From NCBI RefSeq assembly GCF_030028105.1, contig NC_092379.1, forward strand, positions 44,564,150-44,628,149: DNA of 64,000 bases, written 5' to 3'. The stretch comes from Mobula birostris (taxonomy: Eukaryota). How positions within the stretch are numbered: the first letter of the stretch is position 1; each line of letters opens with the position of its first letter. The notes below the pieces were generated by a model. It saw nothing but the letters and a program-made list of their open reading frames with translations, was not told the DNA's origin and did not search any database. The position numbers were made by a program, and so were the translations under genes. Positions 1 to 11,563 of the stretch are shown here, piece by piece.

Positions 1-745
1 TACCGCATAGCCCTCTATTTTTCTAAGCTCCATGTACCTATCTAAGAGTCTCTTAAAAAACCCTACTGTATCCATCTCTACCACCTTTGTTGTCAGTGCA
101 TTCCACACACCCACCACTCTCTAGGTGAGAAACTTACCTCTGATGTCCCCCTTATACCTACTTTCAAGCACCTTAAAACTATGCTCCCTCATGTTAGCCA
201 TTTCAGCCCTGGGAAAAAGCCTCCGGCTATCCACACGATTAATGCCTCTCATCATCTTATACGCTTCAACCAGGTCACTTCTCATGTCCTGACTAATCAA
301 GAATCTATCAACCTCTCTGCCCTGAATATACCCAATGACTTCTCCTCTGTGACAATGAATTCCACAGATTCTCTGGCGAAAGAAATCCTTCCTCATCTCC
401 ATTCTAATTCGACAAACCTCTGTTCTGAGATTGCTTCCTCTGGTCTTAGGCTATCCCATCATAGAAAACATCCTCCCCATATCCACTCTAGAGGCCTTTC
501 AGTATTTGACAGGTTACAATGAGATCCCTCCCCCTCATTCTTCTGAATTCAAATGAGTACAGGCACAGAGCCATCGAACGCTCCTCGTACGACAAGCCTT
601 TCAATCCTGGACCTTTCAATCACTTTCGTGACCCTCCTTTGAACCCACTCCTGTCTTGGCACACCCTTTGTTAGATATTGGGCCCAAAACTACCTTCAAT
701 ATTCCAAGTGAAGCCTTATAAAATGTGAACATTACATCCTTGTTT
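1..745 (-). mobile_element. Two adjacent CR1 LINE 3'-end fragments (degenerate)
   Basis: Minus-strand translation DLVEAYKMMRGINRVD...FPR...HSFKV and MRKDFFRQR match the C-terminus of CR1 ORF2 (compare the intact copy at 53009-54295). Confidence 0.8.
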
Positions 746-1204
746 TGATACGCTAGCCATCATTGGTGGGGTCTGAACCTGGAGCAAGTGTGAACATCTC
801 CTTGGCTGCAGATGTGAAGGTTTATTTCCAGGAGTCACTGGACAGTAACCAGAAGAGAAGCTTACTCAACACCAAGGAGCACACGTCCAACCGTTAACCA
901 GAAGCTAGGTGAGGGTCAAAGTGTCCATCCCAGCTCCCCTTCAGCGTACCATTTCTATACAACTCTGGCTCCTTAGTACAGGAGGATACTGCGGACTGCG
1001 TCAAGCCTTTTGCCCGGGATACTTTAGGTTGGAGGAATATGAAAGGACACACACTGATTAAACAGTTCACTCTTCAGGCAAAAGCCTCAAGATAACCACC
1101 TTCTTGGAGGAGCACCTCCAGCTGGAGTACTGGAATGGTGTAATCATGCCAATAGATTGACAGGCACTGCTTCCATCTACTGTGGACAAAGGAACTTTAT
1201 AAAG

Positions 1205-1278
1205 CAGGGGCTCCCAACCTGGGGCCCCTCGGTTGATGGTAGGGGGTCGATGGCGTAAAAGAGGGTTGTGAACCCCGG
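1205..1278. mobile_element. 74-bp hAT-type MITE
   Basis: Imperfect TIRs CAGGGGCTCCCAACCT / GGGTTGTGAACCCCGG. Flanks TTATAAAG (1197-1204) and TTACAAAG (1279-1286) form a 7/8-identical 8-bp TSD. Confidence 0.7.
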
Positions 1279-1789
1279 TTACAAAGGTGAACAGATGGTG
1301 CAGACTACGACAACAGAAACTTTGCAAGCAGGAAGTGGCATTAACAAGGCGTAGCATATTGAGTACGTAGACATATTAACCGGATACAACTCAGTTCTTT
1401 GCCACGGACACACCATCCATACTAATCTTTCCCACCTCCAGCTCATCCATACAGTAAAATGCAAGCGGTAATGTGGGGGTGGGGGGGGAGGTGTGAAATC
1501 ATGCAATTGCTCCAGTGAGCGGAATGACAGACAGCCTGTTACCGGAATGAGCCAAGTGCTCTCCGTTATTTCACACACTGCCATGACGTGTGGGATACAG
1601 AGGCTCCTCAGTACAAGCAATTGATACACATGTGACTTAAAGCCAAGGTGACAGCAGCAGCTTCAGCAAGATAAATCATGACAAGCCATGGGGAATAAGA
1701 TCACCTTTCTTCACTATAATCCACGCTTCCCTCATCCACGTCACCTGCATTCCCACCCCACAAGCCTTTCCAGCGCATCAGTGTCTGTA

Positions 1790-2197
1790 GCCCCCACCAG
1801 CCACAATAGACTCCCAGACTAATCTCAATCCTCCGCTATCTGCAAGGGGTCTCTGCCACTAATCACACCCCCCTTCACCCACCCCACCCTTCAGGTTTCC
1901 ACGCCACTCATTCATCCTCGCCGCTCTCCCCGAAAGCAAGACAAGGTCTACACTCGCCCATTTGCCTCCGTTCAGGGCTGCAAACAGTTCTTGCAGGCGA
2001 AGCGGTGCTTTCCTCTCGGGGCTATTCGCTGTATCTGGAGCTCCTGCCGTGGCCTCCTCGACATCGGAGGACCAACACAAATGGGGTGGGGGGGGGGGGT
2101 TCTTCATCGAGCACCTTCTCTGGGTCCGCTGAGACAGCCAGGGTATCCCAATGGCCACCCACTTCAATTTGACTTCCCGCTGCCACCCCAGTGTCTG
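1790..2197 (+). mobile_element. Penelope-like element relic, GIY-YIG endonuclease region
   Basis: Frameshifted translation [43 protein letters not shown] resembles the PLE motifs VIYCIRC..CGLLYIG / RF.EH / PVA.HFN. Confidence 0.7.
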
Positions 2198-2213
2198 CTC
2201 TACAACTACATAC

Positions 2214-2361
2214 CTGCTCATCAGAAGCCAGGGAAGTGAAGAGGGGTATAATGTCACTTTTCAAAAACTCCAGCTCCACAACCTTTGCAAATTCACCCAA
2301 CTTTGATGCTGCTGCCTGGCGGACCACTGGTGTGTCATCTGAGCACAAGCTGTGGAAAAGT
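2214..2361 (-). CDS. PPP2R1A/B: PP2A scaffold (A) subunit-like exon, equivalent to PPP2R1A exon 5 (HEAT repeat 5 region)
   Basis: tttctgcag| (Q)[49 protein letters not shown] |gtatgt; 148 nt, phase 2 to 0. Closely matches recalled PP2A-A sequence and exon size. Diagnostic residues are mixed between A-alpha and A-beta. Confidence 0.93.
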
Positions 2362-2529
2362 CTGCAGAAAGAATAAAATTAAAGGTCACATAGGAGTAGT
2401 CGCCCATTGATGCAGAACTTAACAATTCGCAAGCAGAAATACAAGCACTAAAAATTGACATTTTTGCAATTAATGTTTCTAAATCAGAAGCTAGTAAAAT
2501 ATTTTGCTGAACCCATCATCATTATGTGC

Positions 2530-2910
2530 TGCGTCATATGCTATGGGTGGTCACGGTCTTTCCATGACCCTGATTGTTCTCCGTAAAGTTTTCTACAGAA
2601 GTGGTTTGTCATTTCCACCTTCTGGGCAGTGTGTGTCTTTACAAGGTGGGTGACCCCCAGCCCATTATCAATACACTTCAGAAACTGTCTACCTGGCGTC
2701 AGGGGTCGCATAACCAGGACTTGTGATCTGCACCGGCTGCTCATCCACCACCTGATCCCATGGCTTCACCTGACCCTGATCGGGGCGGGGGCGGGGGCGG
2801 GGGTGGGGGGGGGGTGTATCTAAGGGGTGCTACACCTTGCCCAAGGGTGGCCTGCAGACCAGCAGAAAGAAGCCTTACACCTCCTTTGGTAGAGACGCAT
2901 CTCCACCACA
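2530..2910 (-). mobile_element. RTE-related short interspersed element (copy 1)
   Basis: Reverse-complement homolog of 3665-4035; contains the Bov-A-like 3' motif GAAGG..ATG.CAAACCACTTC. Confidence 0.6.
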
Positions 2911-3664
2911 CCATCCAAAAATCCAATATTTGTGGTATTCAGTTTTTATCCTGAGAAATACTTCAAGATAGCAACAGAACATAGAAATTTACTGAACATT
3001 ACAGGCCCTTCAGCCCACAATGTTGTGCTGACCACGTAACCTACTCTAGAAGCTGCCTAGAATTTCCCCACCATACAGCCCTGTCTTTTTCTGAAACAAC
3101 TGACTGTGTCTGAAAGTTTACACAAATGACACCACAAAAAATTTTAATTCAGGGAGTAAAGCGGCTGGAAGTGAACCCCAGATATGGGACTCCTGCACTT
3201 GGAGCAGAACAGAGCCATTGGTTGTGGACTGCAGGGGCACACAGTTACCAAAGCAACCTTCTCGTCCGACAAAACTCAAACACCTCTGAACAGGTGAAAT
3301 CCTCTGCGCGCCAGATTAATCAAAATGGCCCTGAAGCAGAGCAACAGGCTTGACAAGACACGGCTCTCAAAAAGAGCACGCCTTTGTAAATGACAAGGCC
3401 ACTTCAACCCCACAGCCGAGAGTAAGCGATGAGCACCACTCCACTCTGATGCACCTCGGCTTTTGCTCCTTCCTCACTAAAAACACACAAAAAACCTTCA
3501 GTTTATGTCATTAAAAACAAAAATGCCACACTTTCTGTGCTATTTTGGGGCTGATTATTCTCTAAACTAGAAACTTCTACCCACTCAGTTAAAACAAGGT
3601 CCTGTCCACCATGGTGGTAGCATCTTATCGCCAATAAAACCAAATTATACCGAAATTGGGTGGC

Positions 3665-4035
3665 AGGAAGGAAATACGTCCCTGCCAAAGGAGGTGTAAG
3701 GCACTCCTTCCCTCCACTGGCCTGCAGGTCACCCTAGGGCAAGGTGTAGCACCCGCTTAGCCTCCCCGATCGGGACTACGTGAAGCCGTGGGAGCAGGTG
3801 GTGGACGGTTGTATGAGCAGCAGGTGCAGATCTCAACTCCTGACACTGACACCAGGCAGACAGTCTCGGAAGCGTATTGATAATGGGCTGGGGGTCACCC
3901 GTCTTGTAAAGACACACGCTGCCCAGAAAGAAGGAGATGGCAAACCACTTCCGTAGAAAACTTCGCCAAGACAATCGCGTCCACGGAAAGACCCACGATC
4001 GTCCACACCATACGACACGGTACATAATGAGCGAT
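3665..4035 (+). mobile_element. RTE-related short interspersed element (copy 2)
   Basis: Shares GGAGGTGTAAGG, CTTGTAAAGACACAC and CAAACCACTTC.GTAGAAAA with the inverted copy at 2530-2910. Confidence 0.6.
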
Positions 4036-4131
4036 ACTACAGAATGTAGATTTTCTACAATAATACTGTAATATTCCTAGCTAACTTCTATCATGTTCAT
4101 CTGCAGCATTCCAAGGGAGGAAAGTACTTAC

Positions 4132-4364
4132 TGACGCAGCTCGGTCTTTACAGAGCTGGATACCCGAGGGTAGCAGACACTGAAAAGGCTGCATGCCGAA
4201 GTCCTGGACGTGAACCAGTCACCACAAGTCAGGCGCTTGACCAGTGGCACAAAGTGGACTTCTAGGTCTGCAGGAGAGTGCTCGTGGGAGATGGCTCGCA
4301 GTGAATCGATGGCTTTATCTCGTACTACCGATTTTTCCACCGTTGCCAGGTTCTCCAAGGGAGG
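4132..4364 (-). CDS. PPP2R1A/B: PP2A scaffold (A) subunit-like exon, equivalent to PPP2R1A exon 4 (HEAT repeats 3-4)
   Basis: cccactaatcag| [77 protein letters not shown](Q) |gtaagt; 233 nt, phase 0 to 2; joins 2361 in frame. Confidence 0.95.
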
Positions 4365-4796
4365 CTGATTAGTGGGAAAGAATTAAACTGAAACACATCT
4401 TCGTTTTACTCTACCTCTAAGAAACACAATATTTAGAAACAATCTTTAAGATAAATTCTTAAATTGCTGAGAATTAGGAATTCTCATAAAGAAAATGAGA
4501 CAGAGAAACATTTAAAGGTAGAACAATATAGAGCCGTGCTGGAGGACAAAAGACAAACTATCAAGAACTGTATAAATCAAAGGACATATTTTCTCAATCA
4601 CAGAAATTCCCAAGATTCCTAACCAGAAAACACTGTAGTAATATTAAATGGAAATTACACTGACACGTTCCTAATTATCAGTAATTACTATTTCATCTTC
4701 AAATTAAGTACCAATAATTGTTCATCCTATGAGGTTTTAATAAGCAAATAAACATGAAGCTGCCTGTCATAATAATTTTGCCAAAGTTTGAGGGAA

Positions 4797-5662
4797 GTCC
4801 ATGGTCATCCACTTTGTTAGAAGAAATAAAAGTGTAAACTACTTTCTAAATTGGGAGAAAATTCAAGAATCCGAGGTGCAAAGGGACTTGGGAGTCCTCG
4901 TGCAGCATTCACTAAAGGTTAACTTGCAGGCTGAGGAAGGCAAATGCAATGTTAGCAGTCATTTCGAGAGGACTAGAATATAAAAGCAGGGATGTAATGT
5001 TAAGGTTTCATAATGTATTGGTGAGGCATCATTTAGAGTATTATGAGGAGATTTGGGCCCCTCATCTAAGAAAGGAGGTGCTGACATTGTGCAGAGTTTC
5101 AAGGAGATTCACAAAAATAATACTGGGAATGGAAGGCTTGTCACGTGAGGAGTGTTAGATGGCTCTGGGCCTGTACTCGTTGGAGTTCAGAAGAATGAGA
5201 AGAGACCTCATTGAAACCTATGAAATGTTGGAAGGTCTGAATAGAGTGGATGTGCAGAGGATGTTTCCTATGGCAGGGGAGTCTAAGGCTAGAGGACACA
5301 GCCCCAGAATAGAGAGATATCCTTTTAGAATGAAAATGATGAGGAATTTCTTTAGCCAGAGGGTGGTGAATATGTGGAATTCTGGGCCACAGGTGGCTGT
5401 GGAGATCAAGTCATTGGGTATATTTAAGGCAGAGGTTGATAGGTTCTTGATAGGTTCATGGCATCAAAGGTTACTGGGAGAAGACTGGGGAGTGGGGCAG
5501 AGGAGGGGAAAGAAGGATCAGCCATGATTGAAAGACAAATTGATAAGACTCTTGATTAATCGCAGCATGGAAGGATACAGGGAGAAGGCAGGAGATTGGG
5601 GCTGAGAGGGGAAAATGGATCAATGGGCCAAATAGCCTAACTCTGCACCTATATCTTATAGA
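4797..5662 (+). mobile_element. CR1 LINE 3' fragment
   Basis: QRDLGVLV, LVRHHLEY, LYSLEFRRMRRDLIETY and FFSQRVVNMWN motifs broken by stops and frameshifts; CR1-type 3' UTR. Confidence 0.9.
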
Positions 5663-6024
5663 ACTATTCAAACAACAACTGTGCCCACGTTTCAGTTTAG
5701 AATTGCAGGCATCACAGAGGCTCCTAGAAAACGTTTCTGAATTGCTATTTTCTGTAATACAAAGCCACGCCATCTCAGCGTTCTTCAAGAAACACTGCTA
5801 AGAGTTTGTGATATTTTATATACAGCCTCCACCCACACATGAGCGAATTGGATTCCTTACGTAAATGCTTTAAGAATTCTCTGCCTGTGCTCGCAGGTAA
5901 TTTTACACAAAAAGAAAACATTTTTGAAAGGAGTATCAATACAAAAGAATGTACACACTCTACACTCAACATACTGAACGCTGGAATGTCTAATTTGGAA
6001 CCACTGCAAACAATAAAGTAAAAC

Positions 6025-6630
6025 ATGGAACAGTACAGTGCAGAAACAGGCCATTCAGCCCACAATGTTGTGCTGAACCAGCTAAAAAGAAAATCAAAAA
6101 CCACCAAGAACTAATCCCTCCTACCTACACTATGTCCATCTCCCTCCATCTTTCTCATACCCAGGTGCCTATCCAAAAATCTCTGAAAAGCCTCTACCAT
6201 CATAGCAGTCAATGTATTCCAGGCATCCACCACTCTGATGGTAAAAAAACTTACCCCTCACATCCCCCTTGAACCTACCTACCCACTCTCACCTTTAATG
6301 CATACCTCTGGTATTAGACATTTAATTCCTGGGAAACAGATACTCCTCTCTACTTTATCTATGCACATGCTTCTCATAATTTTACAAACCTCTATCAGAT
6401 CTCCCTCGGCCTCCAGCGCTTCAGAGAAAACATAAGTTTATCCAGCTCTCATGATCGCATGTCCTCTGAACGAGGCAACATTCTGGCGAGCCTCTTCCGC
6501 ATCGACCCCAAAGCCCCAACATCTTTCCTATAGTGGGACAATCAGAACTGCATGTAATACTCCAGACGTGGCCCACCCAGAGTCTGATAAAGTTGCAGCA
6601 CTTCCTCTAAAGCAGGCAGCATCCTGGTTA
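6025..6630 (-). mobile_element. CR1 LINE 3' fragment
   Basis: Starts with the reverse-complemented CR1 tail (catggaacagtacag..aggccattcagcccac) followed by degenerate ORF2 C-terminus. Confidence 0.75.
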
Positions 6631-7075
6631 AACCTCATTGATCGAGCTACTTTGGTGGTTTCATTAATCGATTTCATTACTTTAATTCTGAATTGTCCTG
6701 TGATGAACTGATCACTGAAAATTATTTTAATTTGAACTATGCCCTGTAATAGCCTGAGGCCCTCGTTATATAATTTCAGAATCTTGTTCCCCATTACGGG
6801 TATTTAAAAACAATACAAGTATGTTATTTTAAATAAATATTTGATGCATAGGACCATTGCATCTGGGCATTAAAATCTGTGTTTTGTTTCCCCCGGTTGG
6901 GCTCATGTTGAACGTATATTTGGTCAATACAGAGCAGAGGTTTCAGTGTTCGGGGGATGGTATCAGTCCGTGTAGGTTTTCCAACAGGCTGCGCGGGTGA
7001 ACCTGGATCAGGGGTAGAGTAACTACACTTCACTGTAGCAATTCTCAATGATACACCCCTCCAATATTTCAACCA

Positions 7076-7209
7076 GGTCCTGAAGAAGGGTCTCGGCCAG
7101 AAACATCGACCGCTTACTCTTCTCCACAGACGCTGCCTGAGCTGCTGAGTTCCTCCAGCGTTTTGTGAGAGTTGCTTTGGATTTCCAGCATCTGCAAACT
7201 TTCTCGTGC
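7076..7209 (+). mobile_element. Penelope-type terminal repeat with a degenerate minimal hammerhead ribozyme (7076-7111)
   Basis: GGTC-CTGAAGA-A-GGG TCTCGG CCA-GAAA-CATC-GACC, followed by the family tail gctgcctgagctgctgagttcctccagc...ttccagcatctgca. Confidence 0.75.
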
Positions 7210-7758
7210 CTACAAATATGTTGGGGCAGCACAAAGCCTCATCTGCCTCAAAGATTTTATTGCAAACAATAAAAGCAGAGAGGGTTCTGTATGTGTCCAT
7301 TTACCCCTCATTCAAGCAACCCATCATAACAAAGAAAGATTACAGGGACATTGCCTGGTCTGGAGGACCTGAGTTATATGGAAAGATTGAATACGTTAGG
7401 ACTTCTTTTTAACTTGGAACATAGAAGATTGCAAAGAGATATGACAGAAGGAGACAAGATTATGAGGGGTTGAGATAGGGTAAATGCAAGCAGTCATTGT
7501 CCCCTGAGGTTGGATGAGACTGCAGTTGAGGGTGATATGAAGGATCTTCCAACAATGGAACAAAAACAAAAAGAATAACATTAGATCAAGTCCTTTGAGT
7601 AAACATATACTTAATTTCCTCAACAATTTTCCAAATTAAACAATGAATATTGTGGATAGCAAATTGACTTTGGAGTAGTATATACATACAACTTTCTTAT
7701 TGCCCTAATCAAAGACTGGCAGGACAGTCAAGGTAAGAAGGTATAACAATAATCTTAC

Positions 7759-7868
7759 CTCTAGTTTTTTAATGAGTCTGGCCTCCTGTGCCTTCAATCT
7801 CTCCTTCTGATACTTTTCATGTTCTTCCTTCAATTTGTCTACAATAGATCTCTTGTCAGATGCTGTCT
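7759..7868 (-). CDS. CEP350: CEP350-like coiled-coil exon, second internally deleted copy (exon E)
   Basis: ccctaacag| (E)TASDKRSIVDKLKEEHEKYQKERLKAQEARLIKKLE |gtaaga; 110 nt, phase 1 to 0. Resembles recalled CEP350 ETTSD...KSVVNQLKKEQKKRQKERLKAQEASLIKQLE. Confidence 0.8.
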
Positions 7869-8155
7869 CTGTTAGGGACGCAATCAAATCAAAGTTATAA
7901 TAGGTAGCAGCTTCCAATTCAACCAATTATTTATCATTCAAAATATACACCTCAGCAGGGAGAAATCAACTAACAATTTTACTTAGTTTCTATTCATTTA
8001 TCGCTACCTGAAGCTTAAGTTTCCAATTAAGATCCATCTGATTCAATGCAGTAATATCTGTCAGAATTAAATGGAAACTCTCACATACCATTTTGTTTTG
8101 TTTATCACACATGTACTGAGAGCCCCCAGTCTTAGAACAGATACCGACTAACACA

Positions 8156-9600
8156 TGTAGGGTTCTTGGTAATGTTAACTGCTAAGGTTAATGAAATGGC
8201 GTCTCCGTAATGCTAACTGCTGATGTAATAGTTTCTCTGTAGCTGCGATATTTGGGTTTTAACTACAGATAACAGGGAACTAACCAAATGAGAGACACAT
8301 TATTCTATCTTGTTTGTCTGGGAACCGAGTTTTTGTGGTTTTTCGGTCGAGGCGAGTGAGGAGGTAGAATGAGTGCGCGGAGTGCTCGGTGATCACCGGA
8401 CGAAGTCTACGGGAACTCGAGGGTCCAGCGGTTGGCAACGTTTCGGCGGAGGTCATTTAGGGAGGAACACCGGAGGCGTGAGCTCCAACAATTTTGTGCA
8501 CAAACTGTTAACTTTAACAAGAGTGATGCTTTTGTCTTCTATATTTGGTTTCTCTACTAACCACACAACAAAATAAGGGTTATAAAGTGTAATCATTTGA
8601 TAGCTAGATAGAATTGGGGACCACGTGACCGAGGCCCCAGACTGTGAGTACTCTGCACTCATTCTTGGGGTTCTGTGGTTGGTATCGGAGATCCGTGAAG
8701 GGCTACCCAAAGTGAGTCACCCCTTGAACCAGCTTCAGTGTGGTTACCCTCCCTTGGGGAAGAAAGGGAAAGGGAAAAGGGGACGGGAGGTTGGAGAATA
8801 TCTAAACCCATCGGAGCCCTTTCGACAGATGCAAAATGCGAGGAGGCTTTTCAGTCGCTGAAAGAGTTGCTGACCCAGACACCGGTGCTGGCTCTTGCAG
8901 AGCCCCGACTACCGTATGTTGTATCAGGATCAGGGCTGGTTCTGCCTGAGAAGTATCGGAGCATTGCGTTGAGTTCACTTCATGATGATTCTGGACATTT
9001 GGGGGTGGAAAAGACCTATGGTTTTTCTGGCCCTGAATGAAGTTGGAGGTTGAAGAGTACTGCAAGTGTGCATTTGCTGCATACGCCGGAAGACACTGCC
9101 TGTGCAGGCAGCTCCTCTGTCATACCTGCAGAGTGCAGGGCTCCTGGACCTGGTGTGTATGGATTTCCTGTCGAAAGAACCCGATGCCAGCAACACGGCC
9201 AATGTCTTAGTCATCACGGACCACTACACTGGATATGCTCAGGCTTTTCCTATCAAGGACCAGAAGGCGACTACGGTGGCAAAAGTGTTATGGGAGAAGT
9301 ATTTCATGCATTATGGCCTTCCCCAGGCGGATACATAGCGACCAGGGATGGGACTTCGAGAGTAGACTCATCTATGAGTTACTGGGCATGCTGGGAGTTG
9401 AGAAATTGAGGACCATGCCCTATCACCTGCAGGGCAATCCCCAGCCTGAGAGGTTTAAGCTTGGGACCCTGGAGATCAGCAAGGAGAGCAGGTGGAGTTA
9501 ACATATCGGGCATCTGGTTCACTGTACCCGAAATGAAGCTACTGAGTGCACGCCATATGCAGGAAGCCAAGGCGTTACTAGTGAAGGCTTGAAACATGGA
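8156..9600 (+). mobile_element. Heavily deleted Gypsy LTR retrotransposon (LTR piece, RT/RNaseH linker, integrase)
   Basis: TGTAG start; CEEAFQSLKELLTQTPVLA, LHDDSGHLGVEKT, CICCIRRK, LDLVCMDF, LVITDHYTGYA, RIHSDQG.DFES and PYHLQGNPQPERF are HHCC plus DDE integrase motifs. Confidence 0.9.
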
Positions 9601-10693
9601 TTGTCCCATATAACTGCTGAAAAGGCATGTTTAATTGGGGCCCATGCAACTGTCCGAGGCTTCACCTTTAGTTTGGAGAAAGTGGGAGAAACCTAAGTCA
9701 AACTTGAGAGTAAGAACTAGTTCTACCAGGTGAGGAAAGATGGTGATGAAGGGGAACTGATGAGGTCTGTTGTCCAGAAAGAAGCAGAACTTTAAGAACT
9801 TCCTGGAAGGGGATGAAAATGTATAAACACTAAACCCATAGTGAAAATAAAGTGATCTGGGCCAGGCAACTGAAAGTGATTGAAGTGATGGAGAGATTGC
9901 AGACCAGATAATGTTCTAAGTGTCGGTTGCCAGAAAAACATTGGCAAGAACTCAAGGAAGAACGCTTCCTACTTCTTTCTAAAATTAGGACTACATTATC
10001 TGTTACATTGATAAAACCAGACAGGCTTCCGGTTACCATTGCATCTCTATTGGTAGAGTAATCCTTCAATACCGTACCATATGAATAGCCTGGATTGTGG
10101 GAGCCCAGGTCGGTCTTACAAGAGATATTGTTAAGCCTGGAAAATTGTAGCTATGGAGGAAAGATTGGATAAGCTTGGGTTGTTTTCTAGTCTTGAGATG
10201 TATAAAATTGGGAGGATTAAATGGCAGAAATGAGAAGGGCTTATTTCCTGAACAGGGGGATTAAAAAAAAAAAACTGAGGTCCATAGTAACTGCTGGTAG
10301 TATTAAAAGTATTTTCACTCAGAGGATGGTAGAGAGATCTGAAATACTTCCAAGGCATAAATTCCCCTCATATTTAAAAAGTAAATGAATATCTGAAGCG
10401 CTGTGATCAACTGGGCTACAGAGCCTGAGGTAGGACGTGGAATTAGAATGGGTAGCTCTTTTCTTGACCATCACAGATGCAATTCCCAACATATTTATTT
10501 TTATGGTTCTGTGAGCTTGGCTTAGGAAATAGGCAGGTAGGTTTTATTTTTAGAAACACAGTTTAGTTGTTCAACTAAATTTTAGAAGTGTTTATACTTG
10601 TAAACTTTCAACTTAAACTTTCTTTTATCAAGTGTTTTTGGAATGTGTCATCTCAGGTGTTTACAGAGAGAACATTTTGAGATGCAGACGTAC

Positions 10694-10773
10694 CCTTTTT
10701 AACAAAGCAACTCAATGACACATTAGATCCTTCACCCTCAGGAAGCGATTTCCAGCTCTTTTCAGATTCAGTC
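10694..10773 (-). CDS. CEP350: CEP350-like exon D
   Basis: ctttttgttttcag| (R)TESEKSWKSLPEGEGSNVSLSCFVKK |gtacgt; 80 nt, phase 2 to 1. Resembles recalled CEP350 RSETAKNWKSLTESERSRGSL. Confidence 0.75.
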
Positions 10774-10941
10774 CTGAAAACAAAAAGCAGAAAACTAATT
10801 TTGAGCTTAAGAGCTTGGCAGATAAATATCATATTGTCTTTGGAATTTTGCAGTGACAAAGGATCGCAGATCGACATTGTAGACTGCTTTTCTTTTCACA
10901 AATTCTGCCTGATTCCGTGCACGTTACAGCAAGCTACTCAC

Positions 10942-11004
10942 AACATTTCTGAGCCAAATCCCACAGACTCAGGAGCACAGCAAATTTCACAGATTATCAT
11001 TAAA
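10942..11004 (-). CDS. Possible optional 63-nt cassette exon C (no recognised homology)
   Basis: ttctattctgcag| LMIICEICCAPESVGFGSEM |gtgagt; phase 2 to 2, open in the frame set by the flanking exons. Confidence 0.3.
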
Positions 11005-11432
11005 CTGCAGAATAGAATGAATTATGTCACTGGATGGAACAATCAGCTATTGAAAGAAAACCTGCTAGAAATTTAGGTAAACTTTTTGAAAACAGAAATC
11101 AAAATATCACAGGTGCTGGAAATGTAAAGAGAATGACAAAGTATTCAGCAGGTGAAGCAGTGTCTAAAAAGAGAGAAACAAAATTACTGAAATAATATTT
11201 CAAAAGTCACTGTCATTGTTTCATGCTCCACCTCCTCAGTAGAAAGTACTGTACTACTCTTTAAAGAAGTCTGCTAAATAAATGAACAACAGTCACGTGC
11301 AACCTAATTTAAAAATAAGTACTTTCAATAGGGGAGAGGCCATCCCATTATGTTTAACTTATAAAACAGTGACACTACCAGTATTCTGAGAAGTCCTTTT
11401 CCAACTAAGGCTGTATTGCCCAGTGACATTAC

Positions 11433-11563
11433 CTTTGTAGAGAAAGTGGTTCAGCCTTGGGCTTCTCAGCAGCAATGGAGGAAGGGGTTTTGATTTGTGG
11501 TTTGGTGGAACTGGACACTTTGCTTAGTTTTGCTGGAGTCCTTTTAATCGATCCATCACAGGA
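11433..11563 (-). CDS. CEP350: CEP350-like exon B
   Basis: ttctttctcttgtattaccag| SCDGSIKRTPAKLSKVSSSTKPQIKTPSSIAAEKPKAEPLSLQ |gtaatg; 131 nt, phase 0 to 2. Resembles recalled CEP350 SYDEFIKKTEAELS...TAKPQIKTLSSASEKPKIKPL. Confidence 0.8.

Noticed and set aside
3665-3800. HDV-like ribozyme at the 5' end of the RTE-related element
   Set aside because: I could not build the nested double pseudoknot by eye; it needs a descriptor search.
5860-5884. 24-nt micro-exon (cacag|...|gtaagg) between exon E and the PP2A exon
   Set aside because: It has a TAA stop in the required phase 0.
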